NCBI RefSeq assembly: GCF_009914755.1
Contig: NC_060927.1
Reading direction: 5' to 3' (one strand)
From: the human T2T-CHM13v2.0 reference genome, Homo sapiens
Length of the DNA stretch: 64,000 nucleotides
In this document: piece after piece, positions 1 through 13,810 of the stretch
How the letters are laid out: every line of letters begins with the position of its first letter
How positions within the stretch are numbered: position 1 is the stretch's first letter
Notes under the pieces: model-generated
The model's input: the letters and a program-made list of their open reading frames with translations, nothing else
Told to the model about the DNA's origin: nothing
The model's database searches: none
Position numbers and translations under genes: made by a program

Positions 1-1756
1 GTCTGGGGCCAGGGCTGTGATATAGACTGTGACGTCCTCTCCATTGTTTCTTCTGAAGCTGCTTAGGAAGTAATAGACCACCCACACATGGTGCCGCTCT
101 TCAGCCCCTTGTGTTAGTTTGGGACCTAAACTCTGATCAGGAACTCTTGGCTGGCTGGAGGGCCTTCAGTCCCTTCCTCTCTTTCAGGGAACTTGTGAGG
201 ACCACTGATCAGCAGTAGATGAGATGTAGACATGCTTGCATTATCTGGCTAAATGACAATCTAGTCATACCCGGGTTTTTCTGAATCTACCAATATTGGC
301 AAGATTAGCATTTTAAAAAACCCTGTTTCTAATAACCGCTTCCCTTGGGAAATCAACCTTTTCTTACTCCTCAGATTCTCTGCACTTGGCGTAACTCCTA
401 CAAATAGTCATGTCTTTTTCATTACACTAAAATACATACCTAAGTCAGTTAAACAGCTAGAAAAAGAAGTAGAACAAGCTATGGTTGCTGATGAGTTACC
501 ATGGAAACAAAATCCAGACTGGAATCCACTTCCAGTCTCCCCTGGGTTGGTAACTCATAGACCTAATCTGCATTGAAGCAGCAAAAAGAAAGATCAGAAT
601 GTAGTCAACTTCCAATTGTCTTCACGTTTATATATATAGCGTGGTCAGACAATTTTAAAAACAAACAAACGAAAAACCTTTATATTGCAAATACTGAATC
701 ATAAGCTTCACATAGCCATGTTCATAAGCCATGTTTTTCATCACCTGATTTGTTATAATGTCAATACCGTTGTTCCACCAATCCCAGTTTTACGGGTCAG
801 TATAATATGTAAAAAGCTCCAAAGAACATAGTTCTGCAGATGTTCTGCAGTCATAAACTTTATAATTAAATAGGTAAAAGGTATAATAAAATAGGTACAA
901 GATCTAATGTACATCTTGCACACTGAAATGGAAAATCCTGTGCCATGCTGTCTTCAATTTAAAATAAAACACCTCTTTTTTCATCATTCCTTCATGTACT
1001 GGAAAACTGTATTGGGAGCTACTCCCAAATATATTTATATGAAAACAAATATGACAAATTCCTCCCTTATGCCATTGCTTTCAGGGCTGCACTAAGTCTG
1101 TGCTGCTAGGCCATCATAGAGAAATCTCATAGTGGGAGAATTCAGGTAATATGTTTCCTTTCTGCGTAGTATCTTATGAAGCAGATGCCTCATTAATATC
1201 AAATGATGAGCCAACAACTCCCCTTTGGCTTCCTGTAGGAGCCACTATCTGGGTCCACACTCACCTAACAGAGCGTCCCCCCATGGGAAACTGATAAAAT
1301 TTATCACAATAATGGATTTTCTTCCAATATGACATTTGTACCTTGGAGCGAAGTGACTATAGATCATCTTGATGTTCTTTTTCAATTTTACTAGGTAAAT
1401 ACTGAACCATTGATGATCTAATATTTCAGCAATCCTTCTTTTACAAGTCCTTGTAGGACACTGAGTATCACACTCCCAAGATGAAACTGTTGGAAGCGTC
1501 TTGCTGTGCATATACAAACAGCCATGTGACATTACTCACAGTTCTGGAAAGCAAGCTCCAGTAATGGGAGAAATGCAGCCCAGTTGACATTACATTTACT
1601 GCAGAAACCAGTGTCTCCTGGACTGAACAGTCCTCATGTGCATCAGCAAACAAATAAAAGCAAAGCTTCAGATCTCTTTAAATCGCAGTAAACGAATCAT
1701 CTGGTCTTTACATTTTCAAGCGAGGAGGCGCCTTAAGCTTCCCCCAGTAAAACCTC

Positions 1757-1844
1757 TTTTCTATTATTATTATACTTTAAGTTTTAGGGTACATGTGCAC
1801 AATGTGCAGGTAAGTTACCTATGTATACATGTGCCATGCTGGTG
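1757..1844 (-). mobile_element. Very short L1PA 3'-end fragment (~88 bp)
   Basis: TTATTATTATACTTTAAGTTTTAGGGTACATGTGCACAATGTGCAGG...GTGCCATGCTGGTG is the reverse complement of the young L1PA 3' terminus and tail. Confidence 0.9.
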
Positions 1845-3229
1845 ACTTGGTTAGATGATTTGCTTAAAGATACTCAGGAAACTAATGAGAAAATCGAAAT
1901 GAGGAACCATTTTTTTTTTTTTTTCAAAATACAACTTTCTCCCAACAAACTAAATTCTTATGCCTAAGATTGCACAGGAATTCAAACGGGGTCATTCAGT
2001 TGTAAGTATTCTTGATGCACTAACTGGTGATCTCCACTGGTCTGCAAGGACTATAAGCATTCCTTTAAGATCTGCCAAGCCAACTTTTCACTGCATCACT
2101 GCCCATTTATGAACCAAAGGCTTAAACGTCCTCCCCTTATCACCCAAAATTGCTTCTCTGGCTCATTCAGGTTAATCTCCTGACTAACATCAAGACCATT
2201 TTTTTTTCTTTGTCTATCAATGTCCTGCAGAGCCAGCATTTAGGAATTTCAGGTTCTGGTCTTGGCATTGTCACTTATACTTTACATTATCCTGGACAGA
2301 TTATGCATCCTGCCTAGACTTACGTTACCTCATTTAAACACACCAATATTGGGGTCTAGTCAGGGGTTCTTTATGTGATGTCTGGTCCCCGAGTTCAGGC
2401 AGTCTATGAAAAACTGTATGTTTAATTTTGCGTGTGTACATAGTAAGCATTATAGTATAGAAAGCATTCTTAACTTTGATTAAAGAATTTCTGGGCTATG
2501 CGATTTCTAGAGTCCACTGAAGCACTAAGATTCTACAAACTGCATTATATTATAAAGTGACATCTAAATATGTCATTCATGTCACATATATTTATCCATT
2601 TTTCTTTCCACTTGGTCTTAGGTTTATCTAAAGCCAAAGGGATCAGGAACACTTTAAAGCAACTGTCTACTAGTAACAGTTGACCAAAAAACAAACCTAC
2701 AATCACTTTCTTTGTAGCCTGTCTCCACAGCTGCTGCCTCCTTGAGCTGTTACCTAATTTTCTATTGCCTAAGCCCTCAGATAATCATACTCTAATTGCC
2801 TTTCTGGATTTTTCTCTACCACCTGCTGTTGATATGAAGCTCTAGAGAGCAACGTGCTAGGAAATGGGAATACCAAAGTCAGCATCTCATCATAGTAAAC
2901 TTGGGAAGCTAAAGGTCAAAGCTATATAAATTGTGCTGAAGGTCAGAGACCAATGAAGATCATAAGAACAAGAATGAATATCAAGTACATACAGCCGGGA
3001 TCGGAAAGCAAGTGTGAATTCAGAGTTTGAGATGGATCATGGCAAGTGGTTCAGATTACCAACATGTTAGGGTAACAAAGACCTGCTTTCATTTTTTGTT
3101 TTTTATATCACTCAAGTAAAAGGTTTTAAGTTTATAGGGGAGGTATAAGACTCACTTTCATTCTACAAGATGATTAACTACAATATCTGGTCTTTTTGCA
3201 CTGGCTTTATTGTCACACTGAACAATAAC

Positions 3230-3450
3230 AGCAACGGCGGCTGCTACTATTGCTGTATTCAGTACTGCTCTCATGCCTAGCATTTTACTAAGAGCTTTTC
3301 ATGTATCATGTCACTTAATATTTACAGCAACCTGAGGTCAGTATCATTGTCTCAGTTTTATAGATGAGGCTGTAAATTTTGAGAGGAAGTGTGACTTACT
3401 CAAGGACTCTAGTTTATAATTGAGGGAACCAGGTTCACACTCAAATTCAA
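3230..3450 (-). mobile_element. MIR SINE relic
   Basis: Degenerate core CTCAGTTTTATAGATGAGG...GTGACTTACTCAAGG resembles the reversed MIR core. Confidence 0.7.
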
Positions 3451-3470
3451 TTCAGGGAGACACTTGACAT

Positions 3471-3921
3471 CTATATTAGCTTTCTAGAACTGCCATAAAA
3501 AAATTACCATTAACATCTAAATTCATTGTCCCATAGTTTCTGGAGTTTGAAAGTCTGAAATCAAGGTGTTGGCAGGGCTATGCTCCTACTGAAGGCTGTA
3601 GAGAAGCATTCATCCTTGTCTCTTCCTAGCTTCTGGTGGCTCCCAGCAATATGTGGCATTCCTTGACCTGTTGCATTCCTCCAATCTCTGGATTCCCTTC
3701 CACGTGTATCTCTGGATTCCCTTCCACGTGTATCTCTGTGTGTCCTCTCCCTCTCTTTATATATTCGCCAGTCATTGGATTTAAGGCCTGCCCTAATCCA
3801 GTTTGATCTCATCTTCGATTAACTAGTTATATTTGCAAAAACTCCATTTCCAAATCAGGTCACATTCTGAGGTTCTGGATGGACATAAATTTTGGGAGAG
3901 ACACTATTCACCTCACTATCA
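3471..3921 (-). mobile_element. MaLR LTR, MLT1C-like
   Basis: AAGTCTGAAATCAAGGTGTTGGCAGGG, CTAGCTTCTGGTGGCT and TTTCCAAATCAGGTCACATTCTGAGGTTC match the reversed MLT1B/C LTR; ~450 bp. Confidence 0.85.
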
Positions 3922-4628
3922 TACCTTTGTAGAGGGCTAGATATTATGGACCAGAAATAATTGTAATGAACCATTCATAATAAATATTATTATTGAAGGG
4001 CTGTTCATAAAACAAGGTATATCATTCGGAATGATGATCAACCACAAAACAATAACTGCAGTGTGAGAATTGTGTATCCCTTGATATTACTGTGTGTGTT
4101 GTGTGACCATCATGCTCTTGCCTGTATGTATGATGTGACTTTCTCCAGGAAATAGCTTTCAGGGGTAGATCCGACTATAGTCAGTGTGTTGATTTGCACC
4201 TTTACTTCAAAGCCTTGAGAAAACCTACAAAGTCCAGGATGACAAGGCTAATACTGCATTTGATTTACTTCCAGGAGAGATTTCCATCTTTAATAAAAGA
4301 TAAAGGCTCATATGCGTTCGAGAAGAAAAAAGGCAACAAATAGATCTGGTCAGTTGTAGCTTCTGGTTCAGATCAAACCGGATAAGTCTAATAAATGTGA
4401 GTCCTATGCTTTCACCCCATCCATACTGGTGCTGCAGGAAAATAGCTGTGTATTTTATGTCCCTTCAAATGTTTACTTTTGCACAAAGATGAGTGTTTGG
4501 AGGACATGGAAGACTGGCAACCTGCTTTAGAACAAAGATGAGGGAGGAGAATAAGTTCCCTAACACAATATTAAATGGAAAATAACCACTGCTCTCCCTA
4601 ACTCTCCTATTGCCCTTGTTTCTCTCAG

Positions 4629-5195
4629 AGTCAACCTTTGCTACTCAAAGACTATCTATCTTTGCTCTACATGTCAAGAGACTTGATATATTGTTAAATA
4701 GGTAAGCAGAATCCTGAACCTCAGCCAGTGTCCTCCCTGTCCCTTCAGAGCCATGGGGACAGTAATGACCTCCTGGGGAAGGACCTTCTCATTTGACTAG
4801 AGCTACTTTTGTTGTAAATTGCTAAGCAAGGATGGGGCATAGCAAACCCTCTGTAAATGTCAGCTGCCATCTGTATCCTCATTTCACAGATGATAAAATG
4901 AAGGCTCAGACAAGGCATTCATTTAAAAAAGGCAAAACACTTTAGGGAATGCTTTTAAGTTGCTGTGGCACACAGAATTGGAATCTATACTAAAACGTTT
5001 AGTAAAGATTTTAATAAAGTTGCTGCCCAACAAAGAATAATAACTTCATCTTTTAACCTTAAAATTAAATGAAGGCACTCGACTAAAGTGAAAGGTAAAA
5101 TCTTCAACATCTCCTTATTTCAAACCTTGCATGATTTCTTTAGAGGCAAAGATGTAACCACGCCAGAAAAAGTAGAGTCCAGAAAGCATTCAGAG
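4629..5195 (+). other. Two candidate exons (4629-4701 and 5144-5195) of an unidentified transcript
   Basis: Branch point CCCTAAC, pyrimidine tract and CAG acceptor, donor TAG|GTAAGC. Second acceptor TTTCTTTAG, donor GAG|GTAAGT. Splice signals only. Confidence 0.3.
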
Positions 5196-6307
5196 GTAAG
5201 TAAATATTTTGAGTCCTACCCCGGGAGTGGATGGATGCTCAAGCTTCGGGTCCATCGGATGTTTCTGATCTGCATAAACACCACAGCGCCCTGTGAGTTG
5301 CCATGTGTGTTGGTTGAATAGCCAGGTACTGCTGGCTCCAGTACTGAAAGGGAGGTCCAGCAGAATTGATGCTGTTCTTTATATTGTCCTCTGTGGAACG
5401 TCTTCTCACTGACATAGATTTGAAGCATGGCAGCCCGGAGGTTTGGTGAAAGACCCAGTATAATAATTTATTATATTGTGTGAGAGTCTAGGACCCTGGC
5501 CCGGGTGCAGGTGTAAGGAAGGACAGGCTGAGAAAGTCAACAAGAGACAGGGTGCTGTCAGAGAAAATTAGTTGAACAGGGTGGAGTTGGAGAGAGGAAA
5601 GGAAATTAAACTGATAAGGAGAACTGGGCAAGTGTAGTTAATCTAAAGGCCCAAGGCAAGGTGATATAGACTTCATGAAAGAAGGTGGCTCACAAAATCT
5701 GAGTTTAGGTGGCTCAAAATGGAAGGCAAGATGTGGTACCCACAGTGAGATTCACATTCTGGGGCACAGCTCTAAGTACTCTATAGAAATGCCTGCTGCT
5801 TTGGCTATGGGGTACAGGGAGTTAGATAGTCCTCAAGCATGCTTAGATAGGTTCTTACAAACTTTATCCCCTTTCAGAGGCTTTTTACTTATTCATTACT
5901 TCAATGACCATTATATCTACGTGATTTGAGTACGGCATTAAGAACTATGCCACTTTTAGGTTAAAAATGTGAGGTGCTATTGACTTTTAGTTTTCTTTTT
6001 AAGGCCAATACACAATTGAACAATTGCCAATTTACTACTATGTGATGGGCAAATATTGAGTAGATTGTGAATAAAATTGAGAACCTACCCTCATGGAACT
6101 TACCATCAAGGTCACATGGCTGGTTGGCAGCGTATAGAGATAATCACATCTTCCGATTCATAGTTCTGTTTCCCTGACGCCCTTCTAATCTCTTAATTGA
6201 ATATACAATTCTCAAAACTGACAGGGAAAGTATTAACTATGCAACAGAAGGCAAAACAGAGAAAGTAGATGAGTTTCTTGGTATCAACTGTTTCACACGA
6301 GGGCTAA

Positions 6308-6654
<347 letters not shown>

Positions 6655-6761
6655 GTGATTGAACTATTTCTTATTGACTATGTTAAAATTGGTATATTTC
6701 TAGAATAGAAAACAAAGCAAAAAAAAAAAAGTGTCATTTAAATGTTTATTGAAAAACTACT

Positions 6762-7157
<396 letters not shown>

Positions 7158-9392
7158 CTAGATTTTTACTAACAGGAGAGATAGACATTAAAAAGTTTCT
7201 ATACTTTGGAAGTGGATATTAACCATACATATGAAAGAAAACACTTAACAATGAGCACACAGTACTTTTATAATAAAAGGGAAATAACTTGAGGATGCCA
7301 GCTAGTACAAGTTGCCACATGGGAAAACAGTTGTAGTTTAGAAAAGCCTAGAAGATGTAACTACAGGATTATTTACAGAACGCTGCATGACACTGCATTC
7401 TGATTTCATGTCATAACGTGATGATTGAAGGCTTCAATGTCAGAGTCAAATTTAGATCTCCCACTCAGAGATTATGGTAATCAGAATCCTTCTGTCACTG
7501 AATCCCATACTATTTGAAATACACTGCACTCCAGCAGTGAAATGACAATATGAGGATATAGAGTATAAGTTTGATTTTTCTCTTTCTTATCTTTTCTAAG
7601 GAAGTTTAAGAATTTTTCCTGGGCCAATTAAAAAAAAAACCAACAGGATGCATCATATTTTATCTAAAACTACTTTATCCTTTTCTGACATGCGTAGAAA
7701 TTTCAGCCAACACTGAAGTAGAAAGGGAGGAACAGAAAGGACCATGTGCATTAAAATGCCAGCTCTTCCATATGTAAAATCCCAGCTCTTCTTATAAATG
7801 GAATGCACCGTACTGCACATTCTCTTAGTTGTTTAAATGAGTACGAAGAAAAATCCTAGCATAGTCCCTGTCACAGAATTAAATACTCAGTAAATATTAT
7901 TCCAAAGGAATTTATTTTTCTATGTGGTATGAAGTATTAATCAAATCTGCTTTTCTAAATGCAAGCCAATTTATTCCAACATCCATTAATAAGCATCCAC
8001 TTCCCCCACTAAATTTTTGATTCAAAGTTTTAAGTTACAAAAGTAAAGTACATTTGTTGCAAAAACTTCAAATAATTCAACAAAAGAGAAAAAAAGTTTT
8101 GGTCACTCTCTCAAAGGAATTCTGAACACATCTCCTAAAGTATTTTTATGTGTGTTTAAATACATTTAATTACAATACTACACACACGTGTGCATATATG
8201 ATTTCCACTTTAACAAATTGGATCACACTATACTTACAATTCTGTTATTTATTTCTGTCACCCAATATTATACCTCAAAAATCCTCCCATGGCAATGTAT
8301 ATAGATCCACAGCACTCTTTTTAAGATCTGCTAATATGTAGAAATATATGCACATATGTATTTATGTATATATATTTGATGTGATATAAGACATTTTATT
8401 TAATATGATGACCAATGTAATTATAATTGGCTAATGAAATTTCTTTTTTTCTGCATATTATCATCCATAGTTATGAAGGTTTTTTATATAAAACCCCACA
8501 GTCATGCAAAATTCTATTTATAGACTTCTTTTCTGGTGCTTAGATAGAAATTAGTGTTTTTCAGCCTTTACCTAGATTTTAAAGACTTACCCACAATCTG
8601 GAAACTCAATGATAGAAGATAAATAAAGATCTATAGAACACTTTTTTTAACCTAAAACAAACGGGTATTAGAACTTACACTAGATTATATTTCTTTTTGT
8701 CTGAAAGGATTGCTCTGCTTTTATAACCCACTTTTTGGAAATCTGAAAAGGGTGTCACAGGAAAATTGTAGCATTTCCTTCATTAGCAATCCTTAAAATA
8801 ACAATAATTAATCTGGTGGCTTAGCTTGAGTTTGGTCTTTTTTACTTTGTATTTATGTGTATTTTAAAAGTAATCCATATTTATTATAAAAAAAGTACTG
8901 AAAGTTGTAAACTAAAAACTAAAGTCTCTTAAACTCAAAAACTACCATTTCCATACTCTATAGCTAAGCACTCCAAATAGAAAGCTATTTATTTTAAAAG
9001 TCAACTTAAATTTGGCATCCTGAATTCTCATATTTCTATGGGTCTTTCTTCAATTTCTATTTCTATATCACACAGTTTTGATTACTGCACAGTGAAAATA
9101 TGTTTTGAGAGAAGACAACCCCCTCATCATTATTTTTCTCTTTCAAAACTTACTTGGATAGAGTTTCAAATTTGCTTTTCCAGATGAAGTTTAAAATCAA
9201 TTTGTCAATTTCTCCAACAACCATGGAAAAAAAGAGAAAAATTTGATTATTTGAATTAATATATTAATTGAAAGAATTTAAATTCAAAAATGCTGAATCT
9301 ATATATGAAAAGATATGCTATTGTGCTATTTTTTTTTCAATTAATTCAGATCTATGTCCTTCAAAAAAAACTTTGTAATCTTGGCATTGCAC

Positions 9393-9481
9393 ATTTATTG
9401 TTACATTTGCTGTTAGATATTTATTTATTTTACATTTGCTCTTAGATATTTATTTATTGTTACACTTGCTCTTAGATGTTT
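9393..9481. repeat. Three-copy ~30-bp tandem repeat
   Basis: ATTTATTGTTACATTTGCT(G/C)TTAGATATTT occurs three times with small variations. Confidence 0.85.
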
Positions 9482-9529
9482 AATAACTTGTAATGTTAAT
9501 TTGAAAGCAAATGTTTTATTATGCTGAAA

Positions 9530-9830
9530 CAACTTTGAGATATATTTGACGTACAGTAAATTGTACATATTTGAAGTGTGCGATTTGATATATATATATT
9601 TTCTACACCTATGGAACCATTACCACAATCAATACAATGAACATATCAAACACACCCCCAGATTTTGTGCCTCTTTGTAATCTTTCTCCTTTCTCAAATA
9701 CTGATCTGTCTTCTGCCATTATGGGTCAGTTTGGATTCTCAAAAATTTCTGTAAATGAAATCATAACATATGCATTCTTTTCTCTGGTTCCTTTCACTTA
9801 GCACAATTATTTCGAAATTAAACCATGGTG
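9530..9830 (-). mobile_element. Old L1M 3'-end fragment
   Basis: TTTGAGATATATTTGACGTACAGTAAATTGTACATATTTGAAGTGT...CATTACCACAATCAA...TTTCACTTAGCACAATTAT is a typical reversed L1MB/MC/ME 3' end. Confidence 0.75.
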
Positions 9831-9954
9831 GTTAGTTTGGCAGTTTGTTAAGAAGTTGACATACACCTACAGTATGACCCAGAAAATATATGTAGGTATC
9901 CAAGAGAAATGAAAACATATGTCCATATGTATGAATGTTCATACACCTTTATTT

Positions 9955-12900
9955 GCAAGTGGATATCCAGTTGTTCCAGCATCATTGGTTGAAAAATCTA
10001 CCCTTTCTTTTTAAATTACCTTTCATCTTTTGTCAAAGATCAAAACTGTATTTCTGTGCTTTTATTCCATTAATCTATGTGTCTATTCTTTCACCAATAC
10101 CTTACTGTCTTGATTACTACATTTTATAGTAAGTTTTGAAGTCAGTATCAGCTCTCTAATTTTTGTTGTTCCTCAATTTTGTGTTGAGTATTCTGGGTCT
10201 TTCTCCTCCACATATAAACTTTAAAATCATTTTGTCAGTATCCACAAAATAACTTGCTAAGATTCTTATTGGGATTATGTTGAATCTATAGATCAAGTTA
10301 GGAAAAACTGACATCTTAATATTTTCTATCCATGAACATAGACTATCTATTTAGTTCTTTTCTGATGTCTTTCAGTTTTCTTTTAGTTTTCCTCATACAA
10401 ATCTTGTACATATTTTGCTAGATTTATATATAATTTTATTTTGGCACTAATGTAAATGGTGTTGTGCTTTTAATTTCAAATCCCAATTGCTTCATGCTGG
10501 CATATAAGGAAGCAAATGATATTTATTAACCTTGTATACTGAAACCTTGCTATAGTCACTTTTTCATCCCAGGAGTTTTCTGGTTGATTCTTTCATTCTA
10601 TATAAACAATCAAGTCATCTGCAAACAAAAACAGTTTTATTTCTTCCTTTCCAATCTTTATATATTTTATTCCCTTTTCTTGTTTTATTGTATTAGCCAG
10701 GACCTTCAATATGATGTTAAATAGAAGTGGTGAAAAGGGACATTCTTGTCTTGTTCTTAGATGTTAGTGGGAAGGCATCTAGTTTCTCACTACTAAGCGT
10801 GATGTGAAATGTGGGTTTTGTAGATGTTCTTTATCAATTAAGGAAGTTCCTCTTTAATCCTAATTTACAAAGAATTTTTCATTCTAAGTATTTGCTAATT
10901 TTCCTTGTGATTTCTTCTTTGATCCATTTGTTGTTTAAGAGTTAACTCTTTAATTTCTATATGCTTTAATATATTTTAAAATCTTTGAGACTTAATTTAT
11001 TAATACATTGGCCTAATACATTGTCTATCCTGGAAAATGTCCCATGTGCACTTGAGAAGAGTGTGTATGTTGTTGTTGGGCAGAGTGTTGTTTTTAGGTC
11101 TCTTAGATCGAGGTGGTATACTGTCCTGTTTAAGTACTCTCCATATGCATCTTCTCTCTGGCTTTTCTATCCATTATTGAAAGCACAGCATTAAAGTTTC
11201 CAACTAATACTGTACAATTATCTATATTACCCTTCCATTTTGTCAGTCTTTACTTCATAAATTTAGATGATCTCTCATTATGTGGGCAAATATTTATAAT
11301 TGCCATAGCTTCTTGCTGTATTGAAATTTTATTAATATATAATGTTGTCTCATCTTCTTAAATTTTGTTTGGTATTAATATAGTTACCCCTGCTCCTTTT
11401 GATTACTATTTGCATGGAGTATTTTTTTTCATCCTTTTACTTTCAATTTATTTGTGTCTTTGGATCTAAAGTCCATCTCTTATAGACATCACGTAGTTGT
11501 ATTGTGTGTTTTAATTCAGTCTTCTAATCTCTGTCTTTTGTTTGGAAGCTTTAGTCCATTTACATTTAAAGTAATTACTGATAAGAAAGGGCTTACCTGT
11601 CATTGTATTTGTTTTCTATATGCCCTATAGCTTTTTTTGTCCCTCATTTCCCACATTACTCTCTTCTTTTTAGTTGACTGCAGTGAAATGTTTTGATTTC
11701 ACTTCCTTTTGTGCATATTCTATAGCTATTTTTGTGGCAAATATGGATATTACATTTAACATTCTGAAGTTTTAACACACTTTGAATTTGTAACCAGCTT
11801 GACTTCATAGCGTAAAAAACTCTGCTCCTTTGTATTTCTATCCCCACCCTTTTGGTTGTCGTCACAAAATTATGCCCCTCTCTCTATATATGTATGCTCT
11901 AAAATATAACAATAATTCTTTTAATGCACTAGTTTCTTAAATCATGTAGAAAACAAAATGTGGACTTACACAACAAAGTTACTAGCTTTTACATTTCATA
12001 ATTTTAAAAAAGTATTAGTCTCCTAAATCATGTAGAAAACAAAAGGGAGTTACATATAAATGGCACAATAATATAATCCTGTGTATTTACCTTTACTGAG
12101 ATCTTTTCTTCTTTATACAATCTCAAGTTATTGTCTAATATTCTTTCATTTCACCTTGAAGTCTCCCTTGAGAATTTCTTATAGGGCAGGTCTCATGGTA
12201 ACAACTGTCTCAGCTTTTGCTTATATGAGAATATCTTAATTTTTCTCTTACTTCTGAAGGACAGTTTTTCTAGATATAGTAATCTTGGTTAATAGTTTTT
12301 TCTTTTAGCACTTTGAATATATAAGCTCACTATCTTCTGATGTCCAAAGTTTCTAATGAGAAATTTTCTGCTAATCTTATTGTGGATCTCTTGTATGTGA
12401 AATCTTGATTCTCTCTTGTGGCTTTCAAGATTCTCTTTGTTTTTTGAAAGTTTGATTGTATCGTATTTCTGTGGGTCTCCTTGAGTTCATCTTATGTGGA
12501 GTTCATTAAGCTTCTTGGATGTTTATATTCATGTCTTTCATCAAATTTGGGATGTTTTCAGCCATTATTACTTTAGATATTCTCTCTACTCCTTTCTCTT
12601 CTCCCAGGACTCCCACAATGCATGCCCCACATGTCTCTTAAGCTCTGTTCACTTTTCTTCAATCTCTTTTCTGTTCTTCAGACTTGAAGATTTCCATTGT
12701 CCTAGCTTTGATTCTGCTGATCCTTTATTTTGGCTGCAAAATCTGCCTTTGAATCTCTCCAATAAATTTTTTATTTTGGCTATTATACTTTTCAGCTCCA
12801 AAACTTCAATTTGGTTTCTTTTTAGGTTCTCTCTATTAATATTTTCATCTCGTTCATAAACTATTTTCTTGACTTTCTCCACATCTTCCTTTATTTGTCT

Positions 12901-13810
12901 GATGATCTGTAAGACAGCTGTTTTAAAGTTTTTTTCTAGCAGAGCTTCTATCACATCTTTTTCAGAGACAATTTCTGTTGATTTTTGTTTTCAGTGTGCC
13001 ATACTTTTCTGGTTTTTTTATATGACTCATAATTTTTTGTTAAAAAAATGGACATTTGGATCTAATAATAGTAACTCTGGAAATCAGTCTCCCCTTTCCT
13101 TAGGGTTGCTGTTTTTGTTTTTGCTTATTTATTTATTTATTTTTGATTGTTGCAGACTTTCTCTGTGCCAAGCATCAGCCTAAGGTGTAAACTCAGGTCT
13201 GCTCAGGTCTTTTCTGAGCCTGTGCCTTTCCTGGGGCATGCAAGATCACTTTCTAATCTTCCCTGTATATGCATTTATTTCTAATTGTCTTACTCTTTAA
13301 TGTCTTGCTCCCAAAATGGGGGAAAAGAAAAATAAAGAGAGGAAAAATGTGATGCTGGTCTTTTAAATCCTCTGTGAGTCACTTCAGATAGAAGGGAAGG
13401 GCTTGCAACAATAGGAGGAGTTGCAACAACCATGGCCTCCCACCTCTCTGTCTGCACCTCTGCGATTAAAAGCAATAATGAGCAATCAGAACACTGATAT
13501 TTGGAAGATAAGGCCTTTCTTTGTACACCCTGTCTCTTATGAGCTGTGTACAAATTACTCCAAAAATATGTGCAGACTGCCTGTCAAGGGGGTGAGAGAT
13601 GCATAACTGTTACCATTCTAAGGACTAAAATCAATTGAAATTAACTACACTTTATTTCCCAAGCCTTCCCCTAGAAATTGCAAGCTTTCAATAGACTTCA
13701 GAATTCCAAAATAGTTACACCATCAGACGGATTCTGCCACTGCAATTATTGCCTGGGCAAGGGAGACAATTGCCCAGTGCTTCCTATTCTGCCATCTTTC
13801 CAGAATTCTC
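9955..13810 (-). mobile_element. Old L1M (L1MD/L1M4-like) with 5' region, ORF1 and partial ORF2, internally deleted
   Basis: ORF 12649-12954(-) KNFKTAVLQIIRQIKEDVEKVKK...NLKRNQIEVLELKSII resembles the L1 ORF1p coiled coil. Reversed ORF2 motifs span 9955-11600. The minus strand begins GAATTCTGGAAAGATGGCAGAATAGGAAGC near 13810, like an L1M 5' end with a YY1-type AAGATGGC. Confidence 0.85.

Noticed and set aside
5216-5460. Coding-looking 70-aa minus-strand ORF with a possible donor at 5220
   Set aside because: No recognisable protein in any frame, a weak donor (GGG|GTAGGA) and no clear acceptor.
11930-12055. Direct repeat TAAATCATGTAGAAAACAAAA twice
   Set aside because: It lies in the L1M inter-ORF region and is probably intrinsic to the element.
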